The notes beneath the pieces are model-generated. The model did no database searches, was not told the DNA's origin, and was given only the letters and a program-made list of their open reading frames with translations. Shown one piece after another: positions 26,709 through 37,300 of a DNA stretch of 64,000 nucleotides. The stretch's first letter is position 1, and each line of letters starts with the position of its first letter. The DNA comes from a virus. Location of the stretch: positions 16,763 through 80,762 of IMG/VR virus record IMGVR_UViG_3300032308_000833. One strand, written 5' to 3'. A program made the translations under genes and the position numbers.

Positions 26709-29700
26709 ATGGCTGATGTAGAGTCCAATATAAAAATTGGTATTGACACTGGTGAAGCGTTAACGCAATTAAAAGCGTTACAACGCCAGATATCAGCCTT
26801 TCACACCTCAATGGCAAAAACAGGTGCTGCAGGTGTTGCAGTATCTAATAACCTTTCTCAAAACCTAGCAAATCAAATAAACGCTGGCGGCAAATTCTAT
26901 GCCGAAATGAAAAAGATTAGAACAACAACTGACGCATTTAATGCAGCACTAGAAAAAAATCAACTCTCAATGAGAGAGTATTTTAGGTATACTGGTGCTT
27001 CTACAAGAACTTTTGGAAAGTTATTTAAATCTGAATTTGATACTATTAATAAAGTTGCAAGAGAAAATGTAAAAACATTACAAACTCAATATATTAAAAT
27101 GGGTAGAGATGCAAGTGGTGCTCTTAGAGCAATGTCAGTTCGTCCATTAACTTTGGATATGAATGATTATGGTACTAAGGTGGCGATGGCTGCTCAAAGA
27201 CAGGCATTGTTAAATCAACTACTTAGACAGGGTTCTACAAACTTATTAAATTTTGGTAAGAATACACAATGGGCTGGTCGTCAACTTATGGTTGGTTTTA
27301 CAATTCCATTATTGTCTTTTGGCACAATTGCATCAAAAACATTTATGGATTTAGAAGAGCAAGCAATTAGATTTAGACGTGTTTATGGTGATCTTTTTAC
27401 AACAAATACAGAAACAACAAAAGCATTAAAAGATGTTCAAGCACTTGCTAATGAGTTTACTAAATATGGTGTAGCAGTAGCAGATACCATGAAGATGGCT
27501 GCAGATGTTGCAGCAACAGGTAAAATGGGAACAGACTTGCTAGAACAAATAAGTCAAGCAAACAAATTGGCTGTACTTGGTGGAATTGATCAACAAAAAT
27601 CTCTTGACACTATTATTTCTTTAACGTCTGCATTTGGAAAAGAAACTAAAGCATTATCAGAAGATATTAACTTCCTAAACGCAGTAGAAAACCAAACTAT
27701 TCTTAACATTGATGATTTAACAACTGCAATTCCTAAAGCAGCACCAGTAATTAAACAACTTGGTGGAGATGTTCAAGACTTAGCATTCTTTATGACTGCG
27801 ATGCGTGAAGGTGGTATTCAGGCTGGAGAAGGTGCTAACGCATTAAAGTCTGGTCTTGCATCTATGATTAACCCAACTGATAAGGCAGCAAAAGCACTTG
27901 GTGCAATGGGTATAAATATTAAAGGTATTGTTGAAGCAAACCAAGGTGATGTAAGAAATCTTGTTATTGGTATGGCTAAAGCATTTGATCAACTAGATCC
28001 ATTAAATCGTGCTAGAGCAATTGAACAGTTATTTGGTAAGTTTCAGTTTGCTCGTATTTCTACATTGTTTCAAAATGTTATTAAAGAGGGTAGTCAGGCT
28101 CAAACAGTCGCTAAATTAACACAAGCAACTACAGAAGAGTTGGCTATTTTATCTGAAAGAGAATTAAAAAAGGTAGAAGAGTCTCCTTTATACAAATTTA
28201 AAAAAGAAGTTCAAGATCTTAAAACAGCAATTGCTCCTGTTGGTGCAGAATTCTTAAAAGCCTTAACTCCAATTGTTAAATTTTTTGGTAACGTATTTGA
28301 AAACTTTAATAATTTTGGAGACGGTACAAAGAAAGTAATGGTCTTATTAACAGCAGTGTTAGCAGGTATAGGTCCATTAGCATTGATGTCATTTGGTTTG
28401 TTGGCTAACGGTATTGCAAATATAATTAAAGGCTTTACTGCAGTAAAATCATTATTTAATAAAACTGGAAGTTCTACCCAACATTTGGGCGAGCAAACCA
28501 ATTATTTAACACAAGAACAATTAAGAGCAGCATCTGTTGCCGCATCATTAGATCAAGCACATATGAGATTAACACAAAGGTTTACATCTGAAGCAGCGGC
28601 AGTTAGAAATCTATCAACAGCATATCAACAAGCAATAGCAACACAAAGCATGTTTGGTTTGGGTGCTGTTAGAGGTAAAGGTGGTACTGCTCAACAACCA
28701 AAGGGTTATGCAAAAGGTGTGGTAAGTGTTCCAGGAAGTGGCACTGGAGATAAAGTTCCAGCAATGCTTTCTCCAGGAGAAGCAATTATTCCTGCAGCAA
28801 ATGCAAAAGAAAATCCAGCATTAGTTAGTGCTTTGGTTAGTGGAAAGATAAAAGGTTATGAAGATGGACTAGACCCAGTTGGAAAAGGATACAAAAATGC
28901 TACCTTGTTTATGCCTCATCCTATGAATAAAGCACTAGATTCAGGTCAGGGTGTTTTAACTAAAGATTTGGTTAGATATTTTAAAGATGCAGGTAGTGCT
29001 GCAGCAGCACCATTGATAACAGTAATGGCTAAATCAATGGGTCTAGAAATAAACAATCCTAAAGTTAGAAGTGAATTTTCTGAAATTGGTAAAAAATTAA
29101 TTACAAGTGCAACAACTGCATTAGAAAAATCTGGTATGCAGTTTGTTAAAGATGAAGATTTAGAAAGAATAGTTGTTCCAGCAATGAAAAAAACTGCACA
29201 AGGACTTAATGTTGCAGGTCAAGAAGTTGCTACTGCTTTTAATAAGTCAGTTACAGAAATTCAAACTGTTGGAAGAATGGGTGATCCAGGAGGTACGGCA
29301 GGAGAAAAAACTAAAACCTCATATTCAGGACGAAGTGCTCTTTCACCTTTGTCATATATACGACGAAGAACAGAAGCACAAAATCTTGCAATTGAAGAAA
29401 ACCCAAATATGTTTAGAAGAGTAAAAAGGTTTAGTAAAAGTTTTGGTAAAGAACGTAATCAATTTCAAACATTTGATCCAAAAACACAAGCATGGGAGAC
29501 AGGTTCGGCATCACATATTACTAAGTCTCTTACTGCTAGTGCTTCAAAAATATCAAAAATGGTTGAACCTTATCTTGGAAATGTTTTAGGAAAAATTGAA
29601 AAAGGATTTCTTACTGGGCTAAGAAAAACACTAAAAATTAATTCACCAGCAAAGGAACCACAAATTGCTGGAACTCAAAGTGGAAAAGGTTATCTAATAG

Positions 29701-32700
29701 GATTAAATGAATCTGTTGACGACGCAGCAATGGCAGGAAGAAAAACAGGAAATGCTTATACAAGTAATTTAACAACATCACAATCAGCAAATGCTTTGTA
29801 TGGAAAATCGACTGGTATTACAGCAACAGATAAGTCAATTAGAAGACAACAAGAAAAATTAGCCAAACAAAATCAAATGATTATTGGTGGTGGTGGCGGC
29901 AATGGTGGTAAAGGTAAGGTTGCAGGTGATGCGAAAGGTCCACGTGCTGGAATGATTGGTATGGCAGCATCTACAGCAGTTATGGGAGCATCAATGATGG
30001 GCGGTAAAGTTGGAGATACAGCACAACAACTAATGGGACCAATAATGATGATTTCTATGTTGTTCGGATTGATGTCTGCACCACTTGCAGCAGTTGTATC
30101 CTTAATAGGTTTGCTTGCTTTTGGTATATTTAAATTAAATAAAGCAAAGAAAGATGAAATGAAGGCTACCTTAAAACTTATTGATTCAATGGGTACAGGT
30201 ATAAAGCCTATGCAAGAATTTTCTAAGTTCGCTGGTACTGTAACAGCAACAGAAATTATGAACAGAAGACGTGCTAACTTTGCATCTCCTTTTGCAATAA
30301 AAACAGGTAAAACAACGTTTGGTGAAAGTTTTGTTGCATCAGATGAAGGAAAAGCAAGGGTTGAGTCTATTCAAAAAACAATTTCTAAATCTGGTAAAGA
30401 GGGTGCTATTTCAGATCTGTCTAATCAACTTATTGGATCAGTTGTATCTGGAGCATTAGATTACAACCAAGCACGTAGCATAGCAGCAAACATTGGAGAT
30501 GCGATACAGGATTATGATTTCTCTATTGCTGTTAACACAAAACTTATTAGTATGTTGGGTCCAAATGGAGAAAATGTATTAAAAGATGGAATAACAATTC
30601 AAACTAAACTTATTGAAGAACAAAGAAATAGACTTGTTGGTGCAATTGGATCTGTTTCAAAAACTTATGATGCAAGAGGATACAAGAGTACATCTAGTGA
30701 AAGTGGTGCTGCTGTTTTTGCAAGAATGAAAGTTTTATTAGAAACACAACAACAAATGTTAGATGTAACAGAAGTAGAATATAGCAAAAAAATAGAGGCT
30801 GCAAAAATTGCTGGAGATCTTAATAAAGTTAATGAATTGATATTAGAAAGAGAAGAAAAGAAAGCAGCATTATTAAATGAAAGCAAGCAAAGTTATGATG
30901 TTATACAAAGTAGATTAGAAGGTGCAGATCCTTCAACTATTAAAGCAATGAGGACTGCTGCACAAGAATCAATCAAACAAGTTTATATGGACAGTCCAGA
31001 ATTAGCAACATTTGCTGCTGAAACAGGTTCAAAATTAAATAAAGCAAAGGTAAGCGAAGCAACAAAATTAAACATAGAATTGGGTATGGCTACTCAAGAT
31101 TTAAATCCAGTAACGGTAGCCAATATTTTAACTAAATTTACAGATGGAAAAGATATAGATAAGATTTTAAACATTATGCCAAAAGTTGGTGGCAAAGATG
31201 CAAACTTAATTTATGATTTAGCGGATAATTTTGCTAGTTCAGATAAGGCATTAGAGTTTATATATAGTTTTGAAACAAAGACTCCAGAAGAATCAAGAAA
31301 AGAGTTAGAGGCTTTTAATGCTATAAGACAACTGTCTATGGTTGGTGAAGGAGTAGAAGTTTCAGTATTGTTAGACTATGCACAAACTTCTGGTGCTTCT
31401 GCAAAAATTTCTACAATGTTAGAAGAAATAAATAACACTAGTGCTAAAGATTTAACATTAGAATTTGCAGTAAAAACAGTTGGACAGGAAGCACTTGACG
31501 AACTTGTAGCCAGGGGTCAAGATTGGAAAATGATGCCAGAAGATCAAAGAAGAAACTTCTTGGCTGCCTCAACAGCAATGTTAAATCTTAAAGGAGATCC
31601 TACATTTGTTAAGGCTTATAAAAATTGGTCATTGCAAGCAGGTAACATAGGAAAATCAATTGAAGATTTTATTGGTTATGGTGGATATAAAGTAACAGAA
31701 CAAAAGTTAGCAGACACATCCGTGGGAGCAGGTGCAGAACAAGAATCAGAAGGCGGCGGGGGACCAACAGGGTCACCATTAGACGACATAGTAAAGAAAC
31801 TAAGAGATGTAAGAAAAGCCACACAAGAAATGACAATAGGCTGGAACGACTCAGGAAACGCCTTAAAGAAACTTGCTAAAGAAACACTAGGGTTTGGTGG
31901 CTTAGCACAAAAACTTAGAGGAGAAGGTGCTGGACAAAATACTATTGACTTCATAACTGGACTATCCCCAGAAGACTATGATAAATACAAATCAATGTTT
32001 AAAGATATAAAGGTTTTGCAACAGTCTCTTAACAGTATTGCAATTGGTGATTATGTAGAAAATCAAAGAAAAATTGCTACAGATAGTAAAAATCAAGCAA
32101 TTGCATTTAATATATTAACTAAGTCTGGGATGTCTCTTGCAGGTGCCTATGATGCAATAAAAGATAGTTCGTTTGCAGCAACAGTGGCACAAGCAAAGGG
32201 AGCAGATGTTCTTAAATTAGTTAAAGAACAACAACTAAGCCTTAAAGCAATATTTGATTCAGGAATGGCAAGTAAACAATATTCTAGTCTTTTTGATCCT
32301 GGATTCGATGCTGCTATGAAACTTTTTGATATACAAGAAAAAATAATTCAACAAAAAAGAAAAGGCGAACTTAATGCACAACAGTTAATTATTGATAATA
32401 GTAATAAACAAATTAAGTTAGCAAGAAACATTCAAGATACTAATAATTATCAAATTTCTAAATATGAAGATGGATTAAAGAGTATTAGTGATCAAGCAGA
32501 AGTAATTACAGAAAAGTATGATAAACAATTTGCAGCACTTGATAAAATTTCTAAAATTAATGAAGTAATATCTAGACAAGAAAAAAGTAGAATATCACTT
32601 GCCGAAGCCTTGTCTCAAGGAGATATATACGCTGCAGCAAGAGCAGCACAAGAACTTCGTGCTCAAAATGCTCAAGATGCAATAGATCAACAAAGAACTG

Positions 32701-33686
32701 GAATGGAAGCATCTAGGGATGCACAAATAGGTAGACTAAGTGCTAATGGTTTAACTAGAGACCAACTAGAAGAAAAGGTAAAACTATTAAAGGAACAAAA
32801 TTATAGAATTGATCAAGACACTATTGCACCTTTGCAAGAACAGGCAAGATTAGCACAAGTTAAAGTTGATCTTATTAATGAAGAAATTAAAGCAGTAACT
32901 GAAGTATTTAGAGTTGCTAATATGACTAAGTCTGAATGGGAAGAGCAAAAACTTAGAATTGAAGGTGCCGAAGCAGCAACAGGTAAATATACAAATGCAT
33001 TAAACACATCTCTTGGTGTAGTTCAGGGGATAAGAGATACCTATGATGAAATTCTTAGAACAATGCAAGACATGTCTAAAATGACATTTACTCCATTTGT
33101 TGATCCAGGACCACCGCCACCACCAGTAGTAGATCCAAAAAAAGATCCAAAAAAAGATCCAAAAAAAGATCCAAAACCAACTGTGAGTATTGCAAAACCA
33201 TCAAATGTAATCAATTCAAAATTTCCAACAGTAACCTATTCAAATATTATGGGAAGCGGTAGTGGTGTTAATATTGGAACTTCAAGTAAAGCGGTTATGG
33301 GTGGAGGAAAAACTCTTGCACCACAAACATGGCAACAGGCTGTTGCAAAAGCAAATAATATAAATGTATTACCAAGCACTAAAAAGAAATATATGGGTGG
33401 CATGATTTCTAAGTTTGCTGCTGGTGGTTTTGCGGTTGGTACTGATACCGTGCCAGCAATGCTAACTCCTGGTGAATTTATTGTAAGTAAATATGGTGTT
33501 GATAAATTCGGGGTAGATAACTTAAAGGCAATTAACAAAGGTGATAACCCTTCATCATCTTCAGTGTATAATTATAACTTGAGTGTTAATGTTAAGTCTG
33601 ATGCAAACCCTAACGAGATTGCTAGAACGGTAATGATGCAGATTAAGCAAATAGATTCTCAAAGAATTAAGGGGAATAGAATATAA
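26709..33686 (+). CDS. Tape measure protein
   Basis: 2325 aa, helical and Ala/Lys/Gln-rich; TP901-like core (GANALKSGL...LGAMGI; IEQLFGK); hydrophobic segments; position after the chaperones. Confidence 0.93.
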   Translation: MADVESNIKIGIDTGEALTQLKALQRQISAFHTSMAKTGAAGVAVSNNLSQNLANQINAGGKFYAEMKKIRTTTDAFNAALEKNQLSMREYFRYTGASTRTFGKLFKSEFDTINKVARENVKTLQTQYIKMGRDASGALRAMSVRPLTLDMNDYGTKVAMAAQRQALLNQLLRQGSTNLLNFGKNTQWAGRQLMVGFTIPLLSFGTIASKTFMDLEEQAIRFRRVYGDLFTTNTETTKALKDVQALANEFTKYGVAVADTMKMAADVAATGKMGTDLLEQISQANKLAVLGGIDQQKSLDTIISLTSAFGKETKALSEDINFLNAVENQTILNIDDLTTAIPKAAPVIKQLGGDVQDLAFFMTAMREGGIQAGEGANALKSGLASMINPTDKAAKALGAMGINIKGIVEANQGDVRNLVIGMAKAFDQLDPLNRARAIEQLFGKFQFARISTLFQNVIKEGSQAQTVAKLTQATTEELAILSERELKKVEESPLYKFKKEVQDLKTAIAPVGAEFLKALTPIVKFFGNVFENFNNFGDGTKKVMVLLTAVLAGIGPLALMSFGLLANGIANIIKGFTAVKSLFNKTGSSTQHLGEQTNYLTQEQLRAASVAASLDQAHMRLTQRFTSEAAAVRNLSTAYQQAIATQSMFGLGAVRGKGGTAQQPKGYAKGVVSVPGSGTGDKVPAMLSPGEAIIPAANAKENPALVSALVSGKIKGYEDGLDPVGKGYKNATLFMPHPMNKALDSGQGVLTKDLVRYFKDAGSAAAAPLITVMAKSMGLEINNPKVRSEFSEIGKKLITSATTALEKSGMQFVKDEDLERIVVPAMKKTAQGLNVAGQEVATAFNKSVTEIQTVGRMGDPGGTAGEKTKTSYSGRSALSPLSYIRRRTEAQNLAIEENPNMFRRVKRFSKSFGKERNQFQTFDPKTQAWETGSASHITKSLTASASKISKMVEPYLGNVLGKIEKGFLTGLRKTLKINSPAKEPQIAGTQSGKGYLIGLNESVDDAAMAGRKTGNAYTSNLTTSQSANALYGKSTGITATDKSIRRQQEKLAKQNQMIIGGGGGNGGKGKVAGDAKGPRAGMIGMAASTAVMGASMMGGKVGDTAQQLMGPIMMISMLFGLMSAPLAAVVSLIGLLAFGIFKLNKAKKDEMKATLKLIDSMGTGIKPMQEFSKFAGTVTATEIMNRRRANFASPFAIKTGKTTFGESFVASDEGKARVESIQKTISKSGKEGAISDLSNQLIGSVVSGALDYNQARSIAANIGDAIQDYDFSIAVNTKLISMLGPNGENVLKDGITIQTKLIEEQRNRLVGAIGSVSKTYDARGYKSTSSESGAAVFARMKVLLETQQQMLDVTEVEYSKKIEAAKIAGDLNKVNELILEREEKKAALLNESKQSYDVIQSRLEGADPSTIKAMRTAAQESIKQVYMDSPELATFAAETGSKLNKAKVSEATKLNIELGMATQDLNPVTVANILTKFTDGKDIDKILNIMPKVGGKDANLIYDLADNFASSDKALEFIYSFETKTPEESRKELEAFNAIRQLSMVGEGVEVSVLLDYAQTSGASAKISTMLEEINNTSAKDLTLEFAVKTVGQEALDELVARGQDWKMMPEDQRRNFLAASTAMLNLKGDPTFVKAYKNWSLQAGNIGKSIEDFIGYGGYKVTEQKLADTSVGAGAEQESEGGGGPTGSPLDDIVKKLRDVRKATQEMTIGWNDSGNALKKLAKETLGFGGLAQKLRGEGAGQNTIDFITGLSPEDYDKYKSMFKDIKVLQQSLNSIAIGDYVENQRKIATDSKNQAIAFNILTKSGMSLAGAYDAIKDSSFAATVAQAKGADVLKLVKEQQLSLKAIFDSGMASKQYSSLFDPGFDAAMKLFDIQEKIIQQKRKGELNAQQLIIDNSNKQIKLARNIQDTNNYQISKYEDGLKSISDQAEVITEKYDKQFAALDKISKINEVISRQEKSRISLAEALSQGDIYAAARAAQELRAQNAQDAIDQQRTGMEASRDAQIGRLSANGLTRDQLEEKVKLLKEQNYRIDQDTIAPLQEQARLAQVKVDLINEEIKAVTEVFRVANMTKSEWEEQKLRIEGAEAATGKYTNALNTSLGVVQGIRDTYDEILRTMQDMSKMTFTPFVDPGPPPPPVVDPKKDPKKDPKKDPKPTVSIAKPSNVINSKFPTVTYSNIMGSGSGVNIGTSSKAVMGGGKTLAPQTWQQAVAKANNINVLPSTKKKYMGGMISKFAAGGFAVGTDTVPAMLTPGEFIVSKYGVDKFGVDNLKAINKGDNPSSSSVYNYNLSVNVKSDANPNEIARTVMMQIKQIDSQRIKGNRI
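33132..33176 (+). repeat. 12-nt tandem repeat (DPKK)x3.75 after a poly-Pro run in the TMP
   Basis: gatccaaaaaaa x3 plus gatccaaaa. Confidence 0.9.
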
Positions 33687-34330
33687 TGGCAACTTTAAAT
33701 TACCTTGCTGGTAGAAAAAAATACGGTAGACCCCAAGCACTCTTGTTTGCAGATACCCCTGGAACCCTTATACAGAGTGCAAATGGAATGACTCACGTTC
33801 CAGATGGTTTTGAAATAAACGCAGACATAGATATTTCTGAACTTCAAAATAATTCATCTAGATTTATGATACTTTCAGATCACAACCGTGGTCCAATAGA
33901 TGTTAAAAATAATAGACTTGAGCAAAAAGAAAGAACTATTAATGGTAAAATGAGATCATTTTATATTGCAGATAAAAACACTTTTTCTGTAAGTTGGCAA
34001 AACTTACCATCTAGATCTTTTTCTAATTTATCAAATTTTAATACTAGTACTGGAAAAGAAGAGGTTGGTTTAGATAAATATACGGTAGATGGTGGAGCAG
34101 GAGGAAATGAGTTATTGGATTGGTACTTAAATCACAAAGGTTCTTTTTATCTATTTATTGCGTACGATAACTATATTAAATTAAAAGATCAAAATAATAC
34201 ATACAATAGACTTAGTGAGTATCAAGAAGTTGTAGAAGTATTATTTTCAGATTTTTCATACAGTGTAAATAAAAGAGGATATAGCAAACATGATTTGTGG
34301 GATATAAGTTTATCTTTGGAAGAAGTATAA
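33686..34330 (+). CDS. Distal tail protein, putative
   Basis: Directly after the TMP; ERTINGKMR...W..LP; WDISLSLEEV end. Confidence 0.6.
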   Translation: MATLNYLAGRKKYGRPQALLFADTPGTLIQSANGMTHVPDGFEINADIDISELQNNSSRFMILSDHNRGPIDVKNNRLEQKERTINGKMRSFYIADKNTFSVSWQNLPSRSFSNLSNFNTSTGKEEVGLDKYTVDGGAGGNELLDWYLNHKGSFYLFIAYDNYIKLKDQNNTYNRLSEYQEVVEVLFSDFSYSVNKRGYSKHDLWDISLSLEEV

Positions 34331-37300
34331 TGTTTGTAAAAGAAAACATAAAAGAAGTTTTTGAAACTTCAAATACTGTAGGTGTAAAAGGTTTAGTTTT
34401 AGCAGAATGGAATTTAAATAGTTCAGAAAATTTATTAAAAATAGGCAACTATAGATATAGACCATTAGAAAACTTATCTAAATATAAACAAATTTTTGAT
34501 TCATATGATTATAAGGATACTGGAAACTTTTATACTAATGCAACGGATGCAGATATTATTGTAGATGGTGGTGTTGATGATGATAACGAACCACAACTAT
34601 TTGTTTCAAATAGAGAAAAAGAATCTCAACTATTTTCATTAGAAGATTGTTTTGGTAAATTTAGACCACGATCTGGAATTAATAAAATAAGATATTTTAA
34701 TAACAAATATTTTCATAATCCTAATTCATATTTATCAGATAGACCAAGATATTATATGTCAGACAAAAGAGATTATTTTAAATATTGGAGTTCTTATAGA
34801 ACTGAAGATGGAATTGAAAGAGGTATAGCAAAAAATATATCAAATGGTAAAAATTATATAGATGATGTTGCACCATTTGTAGTATATAAAAATAGTATAC
34901 CAACTAACAGAATAGTTATCAAAATGCAAACTAACGTAGGAAGCACTGATCTTGGATCGTTTTCTACAGTTTCAGGAACTATAAGTGATCCCTTTTATGG
35001 ATATGAAAATCAAACAACACCTTTAGTATGGAAAGTACAAAAACTAAGAAATAACATTTGGACAGATTTAATTAGTTTTGATCAAAATTCTACAAGAAGT
35101 GATGGAAGTAAAGTAATCAAATCTGATGGACATGTTGAATTAAAGTATGGAGTTGTTACTCCATTAAAATATAAAGACAGTTTTAATTTTATAACAATTT
35201 TATTATCTAGTTCACAATTACCATTAACAGGAAATTATGGAGATGCATTTTTAGTAAGAGATAATTTTAGTGGAGAAGTAGGAACTTTGTATGTATACAA
35301 TGGACTAGGGTATGACGAATTTGCAGCAAATTATGGTTGGTCTTTATTAGAAAAAGAAGTAGATAAATCATCTTTAGTTACAGAGTTATCTTCACCTTTT
35401 TCTTATTTTGATAACAATGAAAAAAATATTAAATATAACCAATTTGAATATATAGATGGTTTAAGAGTTATTGTAACAACCATGAATAAATTTGATAGTG
35501 TTTTTGAGTTAATAGAGTTATCTCCTAGACTAGTAGCAGACATTACTGATAATGTTATTAACTACACATTAAATAAGTCTATATCTGATTTAAATTTAAA
35601 CGGCTTACCAGTTGGCCAATTATTGGCTTCTGGTGGAAACTTAGAAATTATTGATCCATCTTTAGCATTCAATAAAAATAATAACTTAAGCATAATTTCT
35701 CAATATTTAAATAATAATGTTAAGTTTAGTTTTTATGAAGAGGTATTCACTGGATCTAACGATAATAATTACATACCATTAAAAAAGTTTTATTCAGATA
35801 ACATACCACAAACAGACATAAAAAATGGAAAAACTTCTGTAGAGTTAAGAGATTTATATTTTTACTTAGAACAAATAAATGCCCCTAACCTATTTTTAAC
35901 TAACGTTTCTGTTAATTTTGCAATTTCTCTTTTATTAGATTATGCTGGATTTTCTAATTATAAATTTAAAAAAATTGACAATGAAAAAGAATTAGTAATT
36001 CCTTTCTTTTTTTGTAATGACGAAAAAAACATTGCACAAGTTTTAAATGATTTAGCAGTATCTTCTCAGTCTTCAATGTTCTTTAATGAGGAAAATGATT
36101 TAGTCGTAATGAGTAAAAACTATACTGTTCCAAAAATAAATGATAGATCAGTAGATATGGTTCTTTACGGTTCAAACAATGTCCTTGTTAATAAAAAAGA
36201 AAATATAATTAATGCATCTCTTGTAGATACAAAAGTTTTAAATTCAGGAAACATTAACTATACAACTAGATACATTCAAAAAACTTTGGGATCAATAAAG
36301 CAAGCAACTCTTTTAGATAAAGAAAAAACTTGGGTATACAAGCCAACACTTTTGTGGGAAGTGTCTGGAAAAAATAATACTAAAACTGTTAATGAATCAG
36401 CAAGCACCATGTCTTCTTATATTCTTTCAGCAATACCACTTGCGTCTTCATTAAATGATATTGCTCCAGTAATTGAAAACAATACTTTAATTAATAATAC
36501 AATAGATCTTGGAGAAAATGTATATTGGTTAGGAAACTATAATGGTTATTTTTATTCAAACGGAGAAGTTATAAGATACGATGCTGTTGAATATAATGTT
36601 TCAGGATTTGGTAATCTATGGATAACAAACGTTCAAGATTATGAAAATTATTTTTCACAACTTCCATTTAATGGAAAGATGTATCCAACTGGATTAATAA
36701 GAATTTACACAGAACTGGACTATGTAGAAAAAAATGGAATCAAGATTTTAAAAAATGGCAATGTTATTAAAAATGGAAGAGCACAGTTTGGTACAGAAAT
36801 TACCAATCATTATGCAGGACTAGATCCGTATTGGGTTAATAACGATAACGTTAGAGGATGCAATATGTATTCTGAGTACTTGTTTTCAGATAAAGTTTTA
36901 GATAAAACTGTTGTTGTTGGCCCTGCTGGAATAAGTAACAATATAGCAAAACAAACTACAAGAACAAGTAAGATTAAAAACTTTTTGTCAAGTTCTTATG
37001 TTTCAGAATATGATAATAAGAATTCAATAAATAACAAGTCTGGCAGTGTTCAGTCTTCTGCTTTAGTTATGACTGGCCCTTCATTTACTTTTGAACAGAA
37101 ACCTATTGATTACATTAACTATGTGTATAAGCCATTAAACAACAAGTTTAAACATTTTGGAACTAGACTAAGAATAATCGGTAATATTGAAAACAATGAA
37201 GTTAGAGGTCAATCACCTGTAGGAAGTATGACATATTACGTATCTCCAGGAAGTGAGCCATCTCAAAATATCAGTATTGGTGGTGGTTCTGGCGGGTTAG

